Source: Sinorhizobium meliloti
Lineage (GTDB): Bacteria; Pseudomonadota; Alphaproteobacteria; Rhizobiales; Rhizobiaceae
Assembly: GCF_017876815.1 (NCBI RefSeq)
Contig: NZ_JAGIOS010000002.1
Coordinates: 810,001 to 842,000, forward strand
Length of the DNA: 32,000 nucleotides
Direction of reading: 5' to 3'
Shown here: positions 1 to 9,502 of the stretch, in pieces
How positions within the stretch are numbered: the first letter of the stretch is position 1
How the letters are laid out: each line of letters starts with the position of its first letter
Notes under the pieces: generated by a model
What the model saw: only the letters and a program-made list of their open reading frames with translations
Told to the model about the DNA's origin: nothing
Databases searched by the model: none
Position numbers and translations under genes: made by a program

Positions 1-401
1 AGACCGGCATCCTCGGCCAGGTGCAGCATCTCGCGTGCCTCCGCCACAGTGCGCGCAAGCGGCTTCTCGCAGGCGACCGCAAAGATCTTGCCGCGTCCCG
101 CCTTGATCTCCCGGTGGAGCGTCCGCATGACGTCGAGCCGGGTGTAGTTCGGCGACAGAATCCAGACCGCATCGACGTCGCCGGCGGACAGGAGCGATTC
201 GAGACTCTCATGCGCGCGGCACTCGCCGAGATCGAGCGCCTCGACTTCGCTCACGAAGCGCGCGCGGTTTTCGGGATTGCGGCTGTAGACGCCGGTCACC
301 TCGACATTGCGTACCCCGATGAGCGATTTGAGGTGGAAATGCGCGATAAAGCCGGTGCCGACGAAGCCGACGCGCAAGGTCTGTTTCGGTAATGTGGTCA
401 T
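1..401 (-). CDS. Gfo/Idh/MocA-family NAD(P)-dependent oxidoreductase, N-terminal part (3' end lies beyond the window start)
   Basis: Absent from the ORF track because it runs off the window. Reverse-complement translation from the ATG at 401..399 gives MTTLPKQTLRVGFVGTGFIAHFHLKSLIGVRNVEVTGVYSRNPENRARF...KIFAVACEKPLARTVAEAREML. It has a Rossmann start (VGFVGTGFIA) and the family EKP motif. SD GGAGGAAAGA is the reverse complement of 402..411. The listed + ORF 21..392 is its antisense shadow. Confidence 0.8.
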   Translation of the reverse strand, partial: MTTLPKQTLRVGFVGTGFIAHFHLKSLIGVRNVEVTGVYSRNPENRARFVSEVEALDLGECRAHESLESLLSAGDVDAVWILSPNYTRLDVMRTLHREIKAGRGKIFAVACEKPLARTVAEAREMLHLAEDAG

Positions 402-454
402 TCTTTCCTCCCCGATAATGAGCGGCGACTGTCTCCTGCCGCCCGCATGCGCTT

Positions 455-1456
455 TCAGATAAGTGGCGGCGCCGTGCTGCCTCGGACTTTCAGAACCGTG
501 GGCAGCACGATCGGTTCGGCCACCTCCGAGCCGCCCGCCAGAATTCCAAGGAGCACCGCCATGGCGGTGCGGCCGATCTCGGAGCGCGGCTGGCCGACCG
601 TCGTCAGCGGCGGATAGAAGGCCTTGCTCAGATAGAGATCGTCGAAGCCGACGACCGACACGTCGCCCGGCACGTCGCGTCCGATTCGTCTCAATTCGTG
701 GACGGCGCCATAGGCCATTTCGTCATTGGCGACGAAAAGCGCCGTCGGCGGATCTGAAAGAGAGAAGAGCGAGCGGCAGCATTCCTCGCCGCTTTCGATC
801 AGGAAGTCGCCCCGCACCTCGTAGCCGGCTGGAATCGTCAGCCCGGCATCGCGCATCGCCAGGCGAAACCCCTCCCGCCGATAGACGCTCATCGGCTCGG
901 GAACCGGCCCGGATATATGAGCGATCCTCCGATGGCCGAGTGAAATCAGGTGCTGGACGGCACCGCGGGCCGCGGCGACGTTGTCGACCTGCACATGCGG
1001 CAGGCCCGAGCCCTCGATCATTTCCAGCGCCACCACCACGGGCAGATGGTTCCAGTCGCCGGCGGACGGCAGCTTTCCGGTCATCAGGATCATGCCGTCG
1101 GCATGTCCGTCGCGCAGCATGTTGAAATACTCGGTCTCGCGGGCCGGGTCGTTCTCCGTATTGCCCATCAGCACGGCATAGCCGGCTTCGCGCGCCGTCG
1201 CCTCGACGCCCTTGAGGATGTCGAGGTAGAAGGGATTGCCGACATCGCGCACGACCATCAGCACCGTCATGGACCTGCGGGTGCGCAGATTTCGGGCGCT
1301 GACATTCGGACGGTAATCGAGCTCGCGCGCCAGGTCGAGCACGCGCTGGCGCGTCTCGGCGGTCACCAGCGTCGAAGCGGCAAGGGCGCGCGAGACGGTG
1401 GCCACCGACACGCCCGCCTTCTCGGCGATGTCCTTGATCTTCGGCCGGTCCCTCAT
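455..1456 (-). CDS. LacI-family transcriptional regulator
   Basis: N-terminal HTH MRDRPKIKDIAEKAGVSVATVSRALA...RQRVLDLARELDYRPNVSARNL, followed by a periplasmic-binding-protein-like sugar-binding core. I place the start at the internal Met (1456) rather than the track start (1498), since LacI proteins begin directly at the HTH. Confidence 0.9.
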   Translation of the reverse strand: MRDRPKIKDIAEKAGVSVATVSRALAASTLVTAETRQRVLDLARELDYRPNVSARNLRTRRSMTVLMVVRDVGNPFYLDILKGVEATAREAGYAVLMGNTENDPARETEYFNMLRDGHADGMILMTGKLPSAGDWNHLPVVVALEMIEGSGLPHVQVDNVAAARGAVQHLISLGHRRIAHISGPVPEPMSVYRREGFRLAMRDAGLTIPAGYEVRGDFLIESGEECCRSLFSLSDPPTALFVANDEMAYGAVHELRRIGRDVPGDVSVVGFDDLYLSKAFYPPLTTVGQPRSEIGRTAMAVLLGILAGGSEVAEPIVLPTVLKVRGSTAPPLI

Positions 1457-1469
1457 CTTCGGCGGTCCC

Positions 1470-2426
1470 TCATGCGCGCATCGCCCGGCCGCGTCCATAG
1501 AACATCATGAGCAGGAGCAGCGTCGCGCCGAACACCATCTGGCGTCCGGACTCCTCGATGTTGATCGTTGTCAGAATGCTCTGCAGGATGACCAGCAGGA
1601 CCGCGCCCGCCATGGTGCCGGTGTAGCCGCCCTTGCCCCCGGCAAGCGATGTGCCGCCGAAGACGACCGCGATGATCGAGGGGAGCATGTACTGCTCGCC
1701 GACATTAGCGAAGGACGTGCCGGAATAGCCGAGCAGGCAGAGTCCGGCGGTCGCGGCGAACATGCCGGAGATCATGAAGAGCGCGATGCGGACGAGCTTG
1801 ACCGGCACGCCCGCCATGTAGGCCGCGTGCTCGTTCGAGCCGATTGCATAGATGCGGTGGCCGAAGACGGTGCGGTTGAGCATGAGCGCCAGGAGGATGC
1901 CGATCACGATCCACAGCCAGATGATGCCGGGAATGCCATAGGCGAGCGGTTGCGTGACGAAGCGCGAGAGCGCGGGCGCGGCCTGGCCGGAGGGAATTCC
2001 CATCCGGATGACGACGAGAAGCCCCTGCAGCACCCCCAGCATTCCGAGCGTCATCACCAGCGGCGGGATTCTGAGGAGCGTGACGCCGAGCCCGTTCAAG
2101 AGGCCGAAGAAGGCGCCGGCCGCGAGACAGGCGGCGACGGCCGGCAGGATGCCGCCATCGGCGCCGTTCATGACGTTGCCCGCGAGGATTGCCGAGAGCG
2201 AGACGACGCCGCCGACCGAGAGATCGATTCCTTCGCGTCCGCCGAGTATGACGACGTTCTGGCCGGCCGCGACGATGCCGAGCAGCGAGGCGACTATCAG
2301 GAGCCGCAGGATCTGACCGCCGGTCGCAAAGCCCGGCGACAGCGCCTCGCCGAGATAAAGGAGAAGCACGATGAGCACGAGCGCGACGACGATCGGCTGA
2401 CGGACGAAGGACACCACCCGGCTCAT
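1470..2426 (-). CDS. Sugar ABC transporter permease (RbsC/AraH-like)
   Basis: Polytopic hydrophobic sequence MSRVVSFVRQPIVVALVLIVLLLYLGE...GIDLSVGGVVSLSAILAG...IYAIGSNEHAAYMAGVPV. The start ATG overlaps the upstream permease stop (ATGA at 2423..2426). The 689-aa track ORF 1470..3539 is this gene plus a non-coding in-frame extension. Confidence 0.9.
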   Translation of the reverse strand: MSRVVSFVRQPIVVALVLIVLLLYLGEALSPGFATGGQILRLLIVASLLGIVAAGQNVVILGGREGIDLSVGGVVSLSAILAGNVMNGADGGILPAVAACLAAGAFFGLLNGLGVTLLRIPPLVMTLGMLGVLQGLLVVIRMGIPSGQAAPALSRFVTQPLAYGIPGIIWLWIVIGILLALMLNRTVFGHRIYAIGSNEHAAYMAGVPVKLVRIALFMISGMFAATAGLCLLGYSGTSFANVGEQYMLPSIIAVVFGGTSLAGGKGGYTGTMAGAVLLVILQSILTTINIEESGRQMVFGATLLLLMMFYGRGRAMRA

Positions 2427-3415
2427 GAGCGCGCCCTCCTGCCGGCAAGCACGCCCGCCATCAGGACGAGGAGGATCGCAAGGCCCTGCACGAAGTTCTG
2501 CCACTCGGACGGCGTGCCCATGAAGAAGACGACCGAGTTGATGAGCCCGATCGTCAGCGCCCCGAGCAGCGAGCCGACGACGGTGCCCCAGCCGCCGGAG
2601 AGCGCGCTGCCCCCGAGCACGACCGCCGCGACGCTGTAAAGCGTCATCTTGCCGCCGACCAGCGGATCGCCGCTTGCGGTGTCGCCGGTGATGCAGAAGG
2701 CGGCGAGCGCGGAGAAGAGGCCGCAGAGCACATAGCCCTTGATCCGGGTCGCTATGACAGGCAGCCCGGTCTGGTAGGCCGCCTGCTGGTCGTCGCCGAC
2801 GGCAAGCAGTTGCGTGACCAGCCTGGTGCGGCTCATCACCGCGAGGAGGATGACGAGGGCCGCCAGGATGTAGAAGACGAAGGGAACGCCGAAAAGCCTC
2901 CCGCCATAGGTGCGCCAGAAGAGCGCCGGCGCGGGCGTGCCGGCAACCGGCAGGATGTAGAGCGCAAGGCCCGTGAAGAAGATGCTGGTCGCGAAGGTCG
3001 CGACGATCGCCTGCAGCCGCAGAGCCGCGACCACGAGGCCGTTCACGAGCCCGCAGGCGAGCCCGAGGAGGAGACCGATGGCCAGTGCCAGGAACACCGC
3101 ACCGGCGCCCCCTCCCCAGCGCTCCATCAGGACCACGATCGCGACGTTGACCAGCGAGAGGATAGCGCCGGCCGAGAGGTCGATGTCGCCGGCATAGACG
3201 ACGTAGGTCTGCGCGATCGCGAGCAGGATCAGCGCCATATAGGTGCTGAGCAGCCCGGTCAGAGCCCGGAATGTCAAGCTGTTCGGCGAAAAGAAGCCGT
3301 TGAGGAGAAGGAGCGCTGCGACGATCACGAGCGCGGGCAGGAAAGGATAGCGCTCCAGCAGCCTGCCGATGCCGCCGGCGCGCCGGTATGTCGGGACGGT
3401 TGCGGTCTCTGCCAT
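2423..3415 (-). CDS. Sugar ABC transporter permease (RbsC/AraH-like)
   Basis: Hydrophobic multi-TM protein with DIDLSAGAILSLVNV and LAVGDDQQAAYQTGLPV motifs. The ATG at 3415..3413 shares one base with the ATPase TGA stop (3417..3415). The track start at 3418 is a GTG one codon upstream. Confidence 0.9.
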   Translation of the reverse strand: MAETATVPTYRRAGGIGRLLERYPFLPALVIVAALLLLNGFFSPNSLTFRALTGLLSTYMALILLAIAQTYVVYAGDIDLSAGAILSLVNVAIVVLMERWGGGAGAVFLALAIGLLLGLACGLVNGLVVAALRLQAIVATFATSIFFTGLALYILPVAGTPAPALFWRTYGGRLFGVPFVFYILAALVILLAVMSRTRLVTQLLAVGDDQQAAYQTGLPVIATRIKGYVLCGLFSALAAFCITGDTASGDPLVGGKMTLYSVAAVVLGGSALSGGWGTVVGSLLGALTIGLINSVVFFMGTPSEWQNFVQGLAILLVLMAGVLAGRRARS

Positions 3416-4920
3416 CACGCGGCCTCGTAAGCGGCTTGGTACAGATTGTAGCGGGTGCGGTCCGCCCCAGTGAGCTCCCGGCTGACCGATCCGCCGTTGA
3501 AGACGAGAATGCGGTTGGCGTTGCCGAGCAGTTCGGCATCCTCCGACGAATAGAGGACGATGCCGAGCCCCTCCGCGGCCAGTTGCCGGATCAGCGCGAA
3601 GAGGTCCGCCTTGGCCGACAGGTCGATGCCCTTGGTCGGGTCGTCGAGCAGCAGCACGTCGGGGCGGTCGATCAGCCAGCGGGCGATGATCACCTTCTGC
3701 TGGTTGCCGCCCGAAAGCGAACCGATCGGGTGGAAGAGGCTCGCGAATTTGGTGTGCATGCTGTCGAGCGCCGGCGCTACCTTGGCGCGCAACTTGCCCG
3801 GCCGAGCGATCATCAGCCGGTCGCGCAGATAATGGATCGGCGTGACGTTCTCGATGATCGGCCTTCCGCTGATGACGCCGTCGCGGCTGCGGTCGCCGGA
3901 GACATAGGCGCAGCCGCGCCGGATCGCGTCACGCGGGTTCGAAGCGTCGAAACGGCTGTCGCCGATCAGGATTTCGCCCGAGGCGATCGAACCGGCGCCG
4001 AAGATCGCTCTGAGCACCGCCGATTGGCCCTGGCCGTGCAGCCCGCCGAAGCCGAGAATCTCGCCGCGGCCAACCTCGAAACTCACATTACGGAAACCGC
4101 GGCCGGAAAGATCGCGCACCGTCAGCGCTGTGCCTCCCTCTCCCTCCACCACCGCCGGCACCGACGATTGCGATGCCGGCATGTCGCCGGCACCGCCGAC
4201 CATCAACCGGATGACGGTCGCCGGATCGGTTTCGCCCAGATTGAGCGTGGTGATGGTCTCGCCGTCGCGAATGATGGTGACGCGGTCGCCGATCGCCTTG
4301 ATCTCGTCCATGCGGTGCGAAATGAAGATGATGCCGCGTCCGCGACGTTTGAGATCGCGCAGGATTTCGAAGAAGCGCTCCACCTGGGCTCGGTCGAGCG
4401 CCGAGGTCGGCTCGTCGAAGATGAGGAGCGGCGCCTCGCTCGCCAGCGCCTTCATGATCTCGACGAGCTGACGCTGGTCGGGGCGCAGGTTGCCGACGAG
4501 TGTGTCGGCGGAAAACCCTTCGCCGCAGACGCCGTCGAAAAGGCCGATATAGCGCGCCGCGCGCTGCCGGAGCTCCGAGCGATCGATGAAGACCCGCGAT
4601 TTGACCGGCAGCTTGCCAAGCGAGATGTTCTCCTCGACCGAGCGGCGCGCGGCGAGGCTGAGTTCCTGATAGAAGATGCCGATGCCGTGGGATCGCGCCG
4701 AGCGCGGTCCACTGATCGTCACCGGCTGGTCGTCGACGAAGATCTTGCCGCCATCGGGCCGCACGCTGCCCGCAATGATCTTGCAGAGGGTGCTTTTTCC
4801 CGAGCCGTTGGAACCCATCAGGACATGGACTTCGCCGGCCATGAGCTCAAGGTCGCCGCGGCGGAGCGCCAGGGTCGCGCCGTAAGCCTTGCTCACGCCG
4901 CTCAGTTTCAACTTCGACAT
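3415..4920 (-). CDS. Sugar ABC transporter ATP-binding protein with two fused ATPase domains
   Basis: MSKLKLSGVSKAYGATLALRRGDLELMAGEVHVLMGSNGSGKSTL (Walker A), then LIFDEPTSALD (Walker B), then a second ABC domain with LSGGNQQKV and LLLDDPTKGID. I place the start at Met63 of the track ORF (4920). The 62 upstream codons translate a palindromic repeat element. Confidence 0.9.
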   Translation of the reverse strand: MSKLKLSGVSKAYGATLALRRGDLELMAGEVHVLMGSNGSGKSTLCKIIAGSVRPDGGKIFVDDQPVTISGPRSARSHGIGIFYQELSLAARRSVEENISLGKLPVKSRVFIDRSELRQRAARYIGLFDGVCGEGFSADTLVGNLRPDQRQLVEIMKALASEAPLLIFDEPTSALDRAQVERFFEILRDLKRRGRGIIFISHRMDEIKAIGDRVTIIRDGETITTLNLGETDPATVIRLMVGGAGDMPASQSSVPAVVEGEGGTALTVRDLSGRGFRNVSFEVGRGEILGFGGLHGQGQSAVLRAIFGAGSIASGEILIGDSRFDASNPRDAIRRGCAYVSGDRSRDGVISGRPIIENVTPIHYLRDRLMIARPGKLRAKVAPALDSMHTKFASLFHPIGSLSGGNQQKVIIARWLIDRPDVLLLDDPTKGIDLSAKADLFALIRQLAAEGLGIVLYSSEDAELLGNANRILVFNGGSVSRELTGADRTRYNLYQAAYEAA

Positions 4921-4954
4921 GGAAACTCGTCCGTTCGCTTCGGTTTTGGGGAGG

Positions 4955-5095
4955 CCCTCCTCCCGTTCCTCATTCCTGTGCTCGTCACAGGAATCCAGCC
5001 AGCCCAGATCCTTGGGCCGAAAGGATTCTCCCGCGCCGCCGACGCGGCGCTGCTGGATCCCTGTGACAGGCACAGGGATGAGGAAGAATGAATGC
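4955..5095. repeat. RIME-like palindromic intergenic mosaic element between the binding-protein and ATPase genes
   Basis: Three hairpin modules are visible. ATTCCTGTG-ctcgt-CACAGGAAT lies at 4972..4994. GCGCCGC-cgac-GCGGCGC lies at 5033..5050. ATCCCTGTG-acagg-CACAGGGAT lies at 5057..5079. The outer modules with their flanks (cctcattcctgtg...ccagc and gctgg...cacagggatgagg) also form one large inverted repeat. Outer boundaries are approximate. Confidence 0.7.
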
Positions 5096-5170
5096 GTCAA
5101 ACCCATGACGCCGCTGCCGGGTACCGCTCGCCCACCAGGACTCGCGGCACCGTGGGCTCTGCCGAAAGGC

Positions 5171-6193
5171 TCACTTGAACAGCGCTTCCGCCTCTTCGAT
5201 CGAAAGCGAGCTCGTATAGGAATAATAGCCGGGCTTGCCCTCGAGCTGCTTTGCGGCTTCCGCCACGTTCTTCGAGTCGATGAAGGGGATCGGCAGGTAG
5301 AGCGCGTTGCCGTATTGTCCGGCCTTTGCCGGCTCCTTCAGTTCCTTGCCCTGCAGCATCAGGACGGCGACGTTGAGAGCGCTCGCCATGACGCCGGGCG
5401 GGTTTACGGTCGCGCCCGAATTCAGCTTTTCCTTGATCCAGAGGTCGATGAAGTCCTTGCGGATTTCGCCGGTCGCCGCGATCTGGCCGGCCTTGCCGGC
5501 GTCCATGATCGATTTCCAGGCGCCGGCCGCCATGCCGTCCTGCACCAGCACGCCGTTGATGTCCGGATAGGTGGCAAGGATGTTCTGCATCGCCTGCTGG
5601 CCCTGGGCCTGATCCCAGTTGGCATTGACCTCGTTGACGACCTGGATGTCCGCATGATCCTTGAAGACGCTCTTGTAGCCGGCGACGCGCATCTCGTTCG
5701 CGGGATGGCCGGCGACGCCGTTGATCGCAACTACCTTGCCCTTGCCGCCGAGCGTTTCGGCGAGCCATTTGGCGCCCGCGGCACCCCAGGCGGTCTGGTC
5801 GATGCCGACATAGATGGCATCCGGCGAAGAGACTTCCGCATCGGTGGCGATCACCAGGATGCCGGCTTCCTTCGCCTGGGCGAAGATCGGATCGAAGGCG
5901 GTCGGGCTGTTGGGGTTGACGATGATGGCGTTCACCCCTTCCGCGATGAAGTTGCGGATATGCGCGATCTGACCCGGCACGTCGACATTGGCGCTCTGGA
6001 CGGAGACCTCGACGTCGACGCCTTTTTCCTTCCATTCCGCAGCCGCGGCCTTTGCCTCGTCGATCATCTGGGTACGCCACTCGCTGCCGACCCAACCGTT
6101 GGAGAGACCGATTTTAAAGGTCTCGGCGTGAGCGGATGCCGACAGGACGATGGACGCGACCGTGCCCAGCGCAAATGCGAAAAATTTCTTCAT
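5171..6193 (-). CDS. Sugar ABC transporter periplasmic substrate-binding protein
   Basis: Signal peptide MKKFFAFALGTVASIVLSASAHA, then a type-I periplasmic sugar-binding fold (FKIGLSNGWVGSEWR..., NAIIVNPNSP, ILVIATDAEV). SD GGGAGGA lies upstream. Confidence 0.9.
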   Translation of the reverse strand: MKKFFAFALGTVASIVLSASAHAETFKIGLSNGWVGSEWRTQMIDEAKAAAAEWKEKGVDVEVSVQSANVDVPGQIAHIRNFIAEGVNAIIVNPNSPTAFDPIFAQAKEAGILVIATDAEVSSPDAIYVGIDQTAWGAAGAKWLAETLGGKGKVVAINGVAGHPANEMRVAGYKSVFKDHADIQVVNEVNANWDQAQGQQAMQNILATYPDINGVLVQDGMAAGAWKSIMDAGKAGQIAATGEIRKDFIDLWIKEKLNSGATVNPPGVMASALNVAVLMLQGKELKEPAKAGQYGNALYLPIPFIDSKNVAEAAKQLEGKPGYYSYTSSLSIEEAEALFK

Positions 6194-6233
6194 AAGATCC
6201 TCCCAAATCTTGCCGGCACATGAAGCCAGAAAA

Positions 6234-6247
6234 TGTAATCGATTTCA
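6234..6247. promoter_or_regulatory. Candidate LacI-family operator upstream of the ABC operon
   Basis: TGTAATCGATTTCA fits the generic LacI/GalR dyad TGnAAnCGnTTnCA with a central CG. The two half-sites match at 6 of 7 positions. It lies 41-54 bp upstream of the binding-protein start codon (6193). Confidence 0.45.
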
Positions 6248-6284
6248 ATCGCCGTTTCGGTGATGGCCGCAGGGGTGGAGTGGA

Positions 6285-7421
6285 TTACTTCGGCCAGGTC
6301 TCGATCACGCGGACGAAATGCGTCAGCCACGCATTCGTCTGGTGGCCGTCCAGCGCACGATGGTCCATCGTCAGCGACACATAGGCCATCGGACGGATCT
6401 GGATCGTGTCGGCGCCGTCCACCTCGCGGACGATCACCCGCTTGTCGAGCTTGCCAACGCCGAGGATCGCCGATTGCGGCTGGTTGATGATGATCGGCGC
6501 CGCGAGCAGCGATCCGGAGGCTCCATGATTGGAAATGGTGAAGGTGCCGCCCGTCACGTCCGCGCGGGAGAGCGCGTTCGAGCGCGCACGCGTCGTCAGG
6601 TCCTGCAGCCGGGCCGCAATCTCGGCAAGCGACAAATCCTGCGCCCGATGGATCACCGGCACGACCAGGCCCTTGTCCCCGAGGGAAATACCTACGCCGA
6701 TATTGATGTCGTCGAATGTTTCGAGCGCATCCTCGTGCCAGCGGCTGTTGACCTCGGGGACCGCGCGCATCGCCGCCACGCAGGCCGAAACCACATAGGC
6801 CGTATAGGAGAGCTTGGTGCCGTCCGCCGCAAGCCTCTTCCCATGCTCGTCCCGATGGCGCATCACGGCCGAGAAATCGGCCTCGAACACGGCCGTCACA
6901 TGCGGCGCCGTCGTGACGGAGTTGAGCATATGTTCGGCGATCGCGGCGCGCATGCCGCTATGCGGTATCCTGCGCGACTTGGGTGCGGCTCCTCTGTCGC
7001 CAGCCTCGGCCGCGACCGAAGCAGGGCCTTCCTGCCGGGCGGTAAACGCCCTGTCCATGTCGGCGCGCGTGACGCGGCCACCGCGGCCGGTGCCGGTGAC
7101 GGTGGCCGGATCGAGGCCATATTCTTCCGCGGCATGCCGTACGGCCGGCGAGTAGTGCGGCGCGTGTCCCGCCCCGGCAGCCTCGCTGCCGATCCGGCCG
7201 AGAACGGCGCCGGGCGTGGCATCGTCGCCATTCCGCATCAGGATTTGCGCGAGCACCCCGTCGGCGGGCGCCGACACCTCCTGGGTCACCTTGTCGGTCT
7301 CGAGCTCGACCAGGGGATCGCCCGATTTGACCGGATCGCCGATCTTCCTGAGCCAATTGCGGACGACCGCTTTGGTCCCCTCCTGCTCCAGCGGAGCCTG
7401 GATGTCGATGAGGCCGCCCAT
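6285..7421 (-). CDS. Dihydrolipoamide acyltransferase (E2) of a 2-oxoacid dehydrogenase complex
   Basis: Lipoyl domain with VELETDKVTQEVSAPADGVL (lipoyl-Lys). Peripheral-subunit-binding domain YSPAVRHAAEEYGLDPATVTGTGRGGRVTRADM. Catalytic domain ends in LTMDHRALDG. The start lies 2 nt after the E1 stop, which suggests translational coupling. Confidence 0.9.
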   Translation of the reverse strand: MGGLIDIQAPLEQEGTKAVVRNWLRKIGDPVKSGDPLVELETDKVTQEVSAPADGVLAQILMRNGDDATPGAVLGRIGSEAAGAGHAPHYSPAVRHAAEEYGLDPATVTGTGRGGRVTRADMDRAFTARQEGPASVAAEAGDRGAAPKSRRIPHSGMRAAIAEHMLNSVTTAPHVTAVFEADFSAVMRHRDEHGKRLAADGTKLSYTAYVVSACVAAMRAVPEVNSRWHEDALETFDDINIGVGISLGDKGLVVPVIHRAQDLSLAEIAARLQDLTTRARSNALSRADVTGGTFTISNHGASGSLLAAPIIINQPQSAILGVGKLDKRVIVREVDGADTIQIRPMAYVSLTMDHRALDGHQTNAWLTHFVRVIETWPK

Positions 7422-7423
7422 CC

Positions 7424-9502
7424 TCAGAACTCCAGAAGGTCGATGATCTTCCGGCGTATGCGTTCCGTCGAAGGAACCGCCCAGTCGAGCAGGGCGGGAT
7501 TATGGGGGCTGGGAATATCCGGCATGGTGAGGCGCGAGATCGGCGCGTCGAGATCGATGAAGGCTTCGTCGGCGACGGCTGCGGCAATCTCCGCGCCGAA
7601 ACCCGCTGTTGCGAGGTCCTCGTGGACGATGAGGCACCGGCGGGTGCGGCGTACGGATGCGATGACCGCTTTCCTGTCCCATGGCATCAGGGTTCTCAGA
7701 TCGATCACGTCGGCTGAGATCCCCTCTGCCGCCTCTTCGCAACGCGGCACCATTGCGCCCCAGGTGACGATGGTGATGTCGCGGCCTTCGCGCGTGAATT
7801 TCGCCTTGCCGAAGGGCAGGGCGAATGCATCGCCGGGATAGGGCCGCCGCGCCCAGGGATGGTCGAGCATCGCCCGGTGCTCGAAGAAGATCACCGGATC
7901 GTTGCCGCGCAAGGCGGTGCGTAGGAGCCCGACGGCGTCCTCGGCATTGGAGGGAACGGCGATCTTCCAGCCGGGCTGGTGGACGAAGGCGACCTCGTTC
8001 GTCTGGCTGTGCCACGGATCGCCGCATTTGAAGAATCCCCCCGCCATCCGCACGACGATCGGCGCGGCGAAGCGGTTGCTGGTCCGCCAGCGGATCGTGC
8101 CGCAATCGTTGAGCTGCTCGATCGCGGGCTCGGCATATTTGCGGAACTGGATTTCCGGCACCGGTACGAGGCCCGCGAGCGCCATGCCGACCGCCCGGCC
8201 GATGATGCCCTCCTCCGAGAGCGACGTGTCGAAGACGCGGGCGGTACCGAATTTCTCCTGCAGCCCGAGGGTCACGGCATGAACGCCGCCCTTCGGTCCG
8301 ATATCTTCCCCGAAGAGGACGACCCGCTGGTTCACCGTCATCTCGTGATCGAGCGTGCGGCGGATCGCCGTCACCATGTTGATCCTCTGGCCGTCGCCCG
8401 TCGCCGTCTCCGTCGTTTTCGGCGGACGATAGCCGGCAGGGTGCTGCCCGCCCATGACCTGCATTCGGCCTTCGAAGAAGACATGGCTGGTGACGGTTTC
8501 GGGATCGGCGACCGGCCGGGATTCGGCCTCGACGCGCGCCCGTTCGGCGGCAGCCTTCGCGTCTCTCGCAGCTTCGTTCCATTCCTCGGCGCTCAACATG
8601 GCTGGGACGATATAGTCCCTCAGCCGCGGCAACGGATCGTGTGCCCATTCGCTCCTGACGAGCTCCTCGCTCTTGTAGGTCTGGGTATCCTGGAAGCTGT
8701 GTCCTTCGAGGCGGGGCACCTCGAGCCTGAGCAGCACCGGCATCCGCCCTTCGCGCACCAGTTCCACGGCGCCTTTCGTCAGCCGGGCGGCCTCTTCCGG
8801 ATCCGAGCCGTCGCCGTCGAGCACGGTCAAGTTTTTCCAGCCGGCGAGGTTGCCGGCAATATTGCCTTCGGGCGTCTGGAAGCTCGAGGGAACGGAGATG
8901 CCGAAGCCGTTGTCTTCGATATAGAAGAGCAGCGGCAGGCCCTGCGTCGTCGCGATCGTCAGAGCGGACCAGAAGCCGTTGGAGGCGACCGAACCATCAC
9001 CGCCCAGCACGACGGCAATATCCTTTTGATATTCCTCTTTTCCGAGAACTTCGCTGAAATAGGTGATCGCCTGCGCCCAGCCGGCCGTCGGGGTATACTG
9101 GGTGCCGACCCCTCCGCACATCGGCAAAGCCGAGGCGCCGTGCGGGTTGGGATAGTTGAAGACGACACCGATGTCCCGGCCGTCGGAATATCCGCCCGCG
9201 CGCCCCATCGCCGAGCCGAGCGCGTCCGCCGGATCGACGCCGAGCGCCAGCAGCAGCGGGCGCGAGCGATAATAGCCGCATGCCGCGTCGTGCCTGCCAG
9301 TGAGGTGAAGCCCGAGGAGAATCTGCGCCATGTCATGGCCGCGTGCCGAGAACTGGTAGAGAACCTTCTTCTCAGGGACGAGGCGCTGCTCCTCCATCTC
9401 GTCGAGCGCGCGCGACAGGAGCAGAAGTTGCACGACCTTTTTCCAGTCGATGCTCTCGTCCGGTGCGTTGCGCCGGTCCTTTTTGAGTGCGGCCTGAGCC
9501 AT
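7424..9502 (-). CDS. Fused E1 alpha/beta subunit, thiamine-diphosphate-dependent 2-oxoacid dehydrogenase
   Basis: The N-terminal half carries the TPP motif GGDGSVASNGFWSALTIATTQGLPLLFYIEDNG. The C-terminal half is transketolase-like E1-beta (VVLFGEDIGPKGGVHAVTLGLQEKFG..RVFDTSLSEEGIIG...PVIFFEHRAML). It is a single 692-aa ORF with SD GGAGGAG upstream. Confidence 0.85.
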   Translation of the reverse strand: MAQAALKKDRRNAPDESIDWKKVVQLLLLSRALDEMEEQRLVPEKKVLYQFSARGHDMAQILLGLHLTGRHDAACGYYRSRPLLLALGVDPADALGSAMGRAGGYSDGRDIGVVFNYPNPHGASALPMCGGVGTQYTPTAGWAQAITYFSEVLGKEEYQKDIAVVLGGDGSVASNGFWSALTIATTQGLPLLFYIEDNGFGISVPSSFQTPEGNIAGNLAGWKNLTVLDGDGSDPEEAARLTKGAVELVREGRMPVLLRLEVPRLEGHSFQDTQTYKSEELVRSEWAHDPLPRLRDYIVPAMLSAEEWNEAARDAKAAAERARVEAESRPVADPETVTSHVFFEGRMQVMGGQHPAGYRPPKTTETATGDGQRINMVTAIRRTLDHEMTVNQRVVLFGEDIGPKGGVHAVTLGLQEKFGTARVFDTSLSEEGIIGRAVGMALAGLVPVPEIQFRKYAEPAIEQLNDCGTIRWRTSNRFAAPIVVRMAGGFFKCGDPWHSQTNEVAFVHQPGWKIAVPSNAEDAVGLLRTALRGNDPVIFFEHRAMLDHPWARRPYPGDAFALPFGKAKFTREGRDITIVTWGAMVPRCEEAAEGISADVIDLRTLMPWDRKAVIASVRRTRRCLIVHEDLATAGFGAEIAAAVADEAFIDLDAPISRLTMPDIPSPHNPALLDWAVPSTERIRRKIIDLLEF

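Noticed and set aside
4921-5106. N-terminal 62 codons of the track ORF for the ABC ATPase (MGLTHSFFLIPVPVTGIQQRR...).
   Set aside because: The stretch translates the palindromic RIME-like element. The ATPase family N-terminus (MSKLKLSGVSKAYG) starts at 4920.
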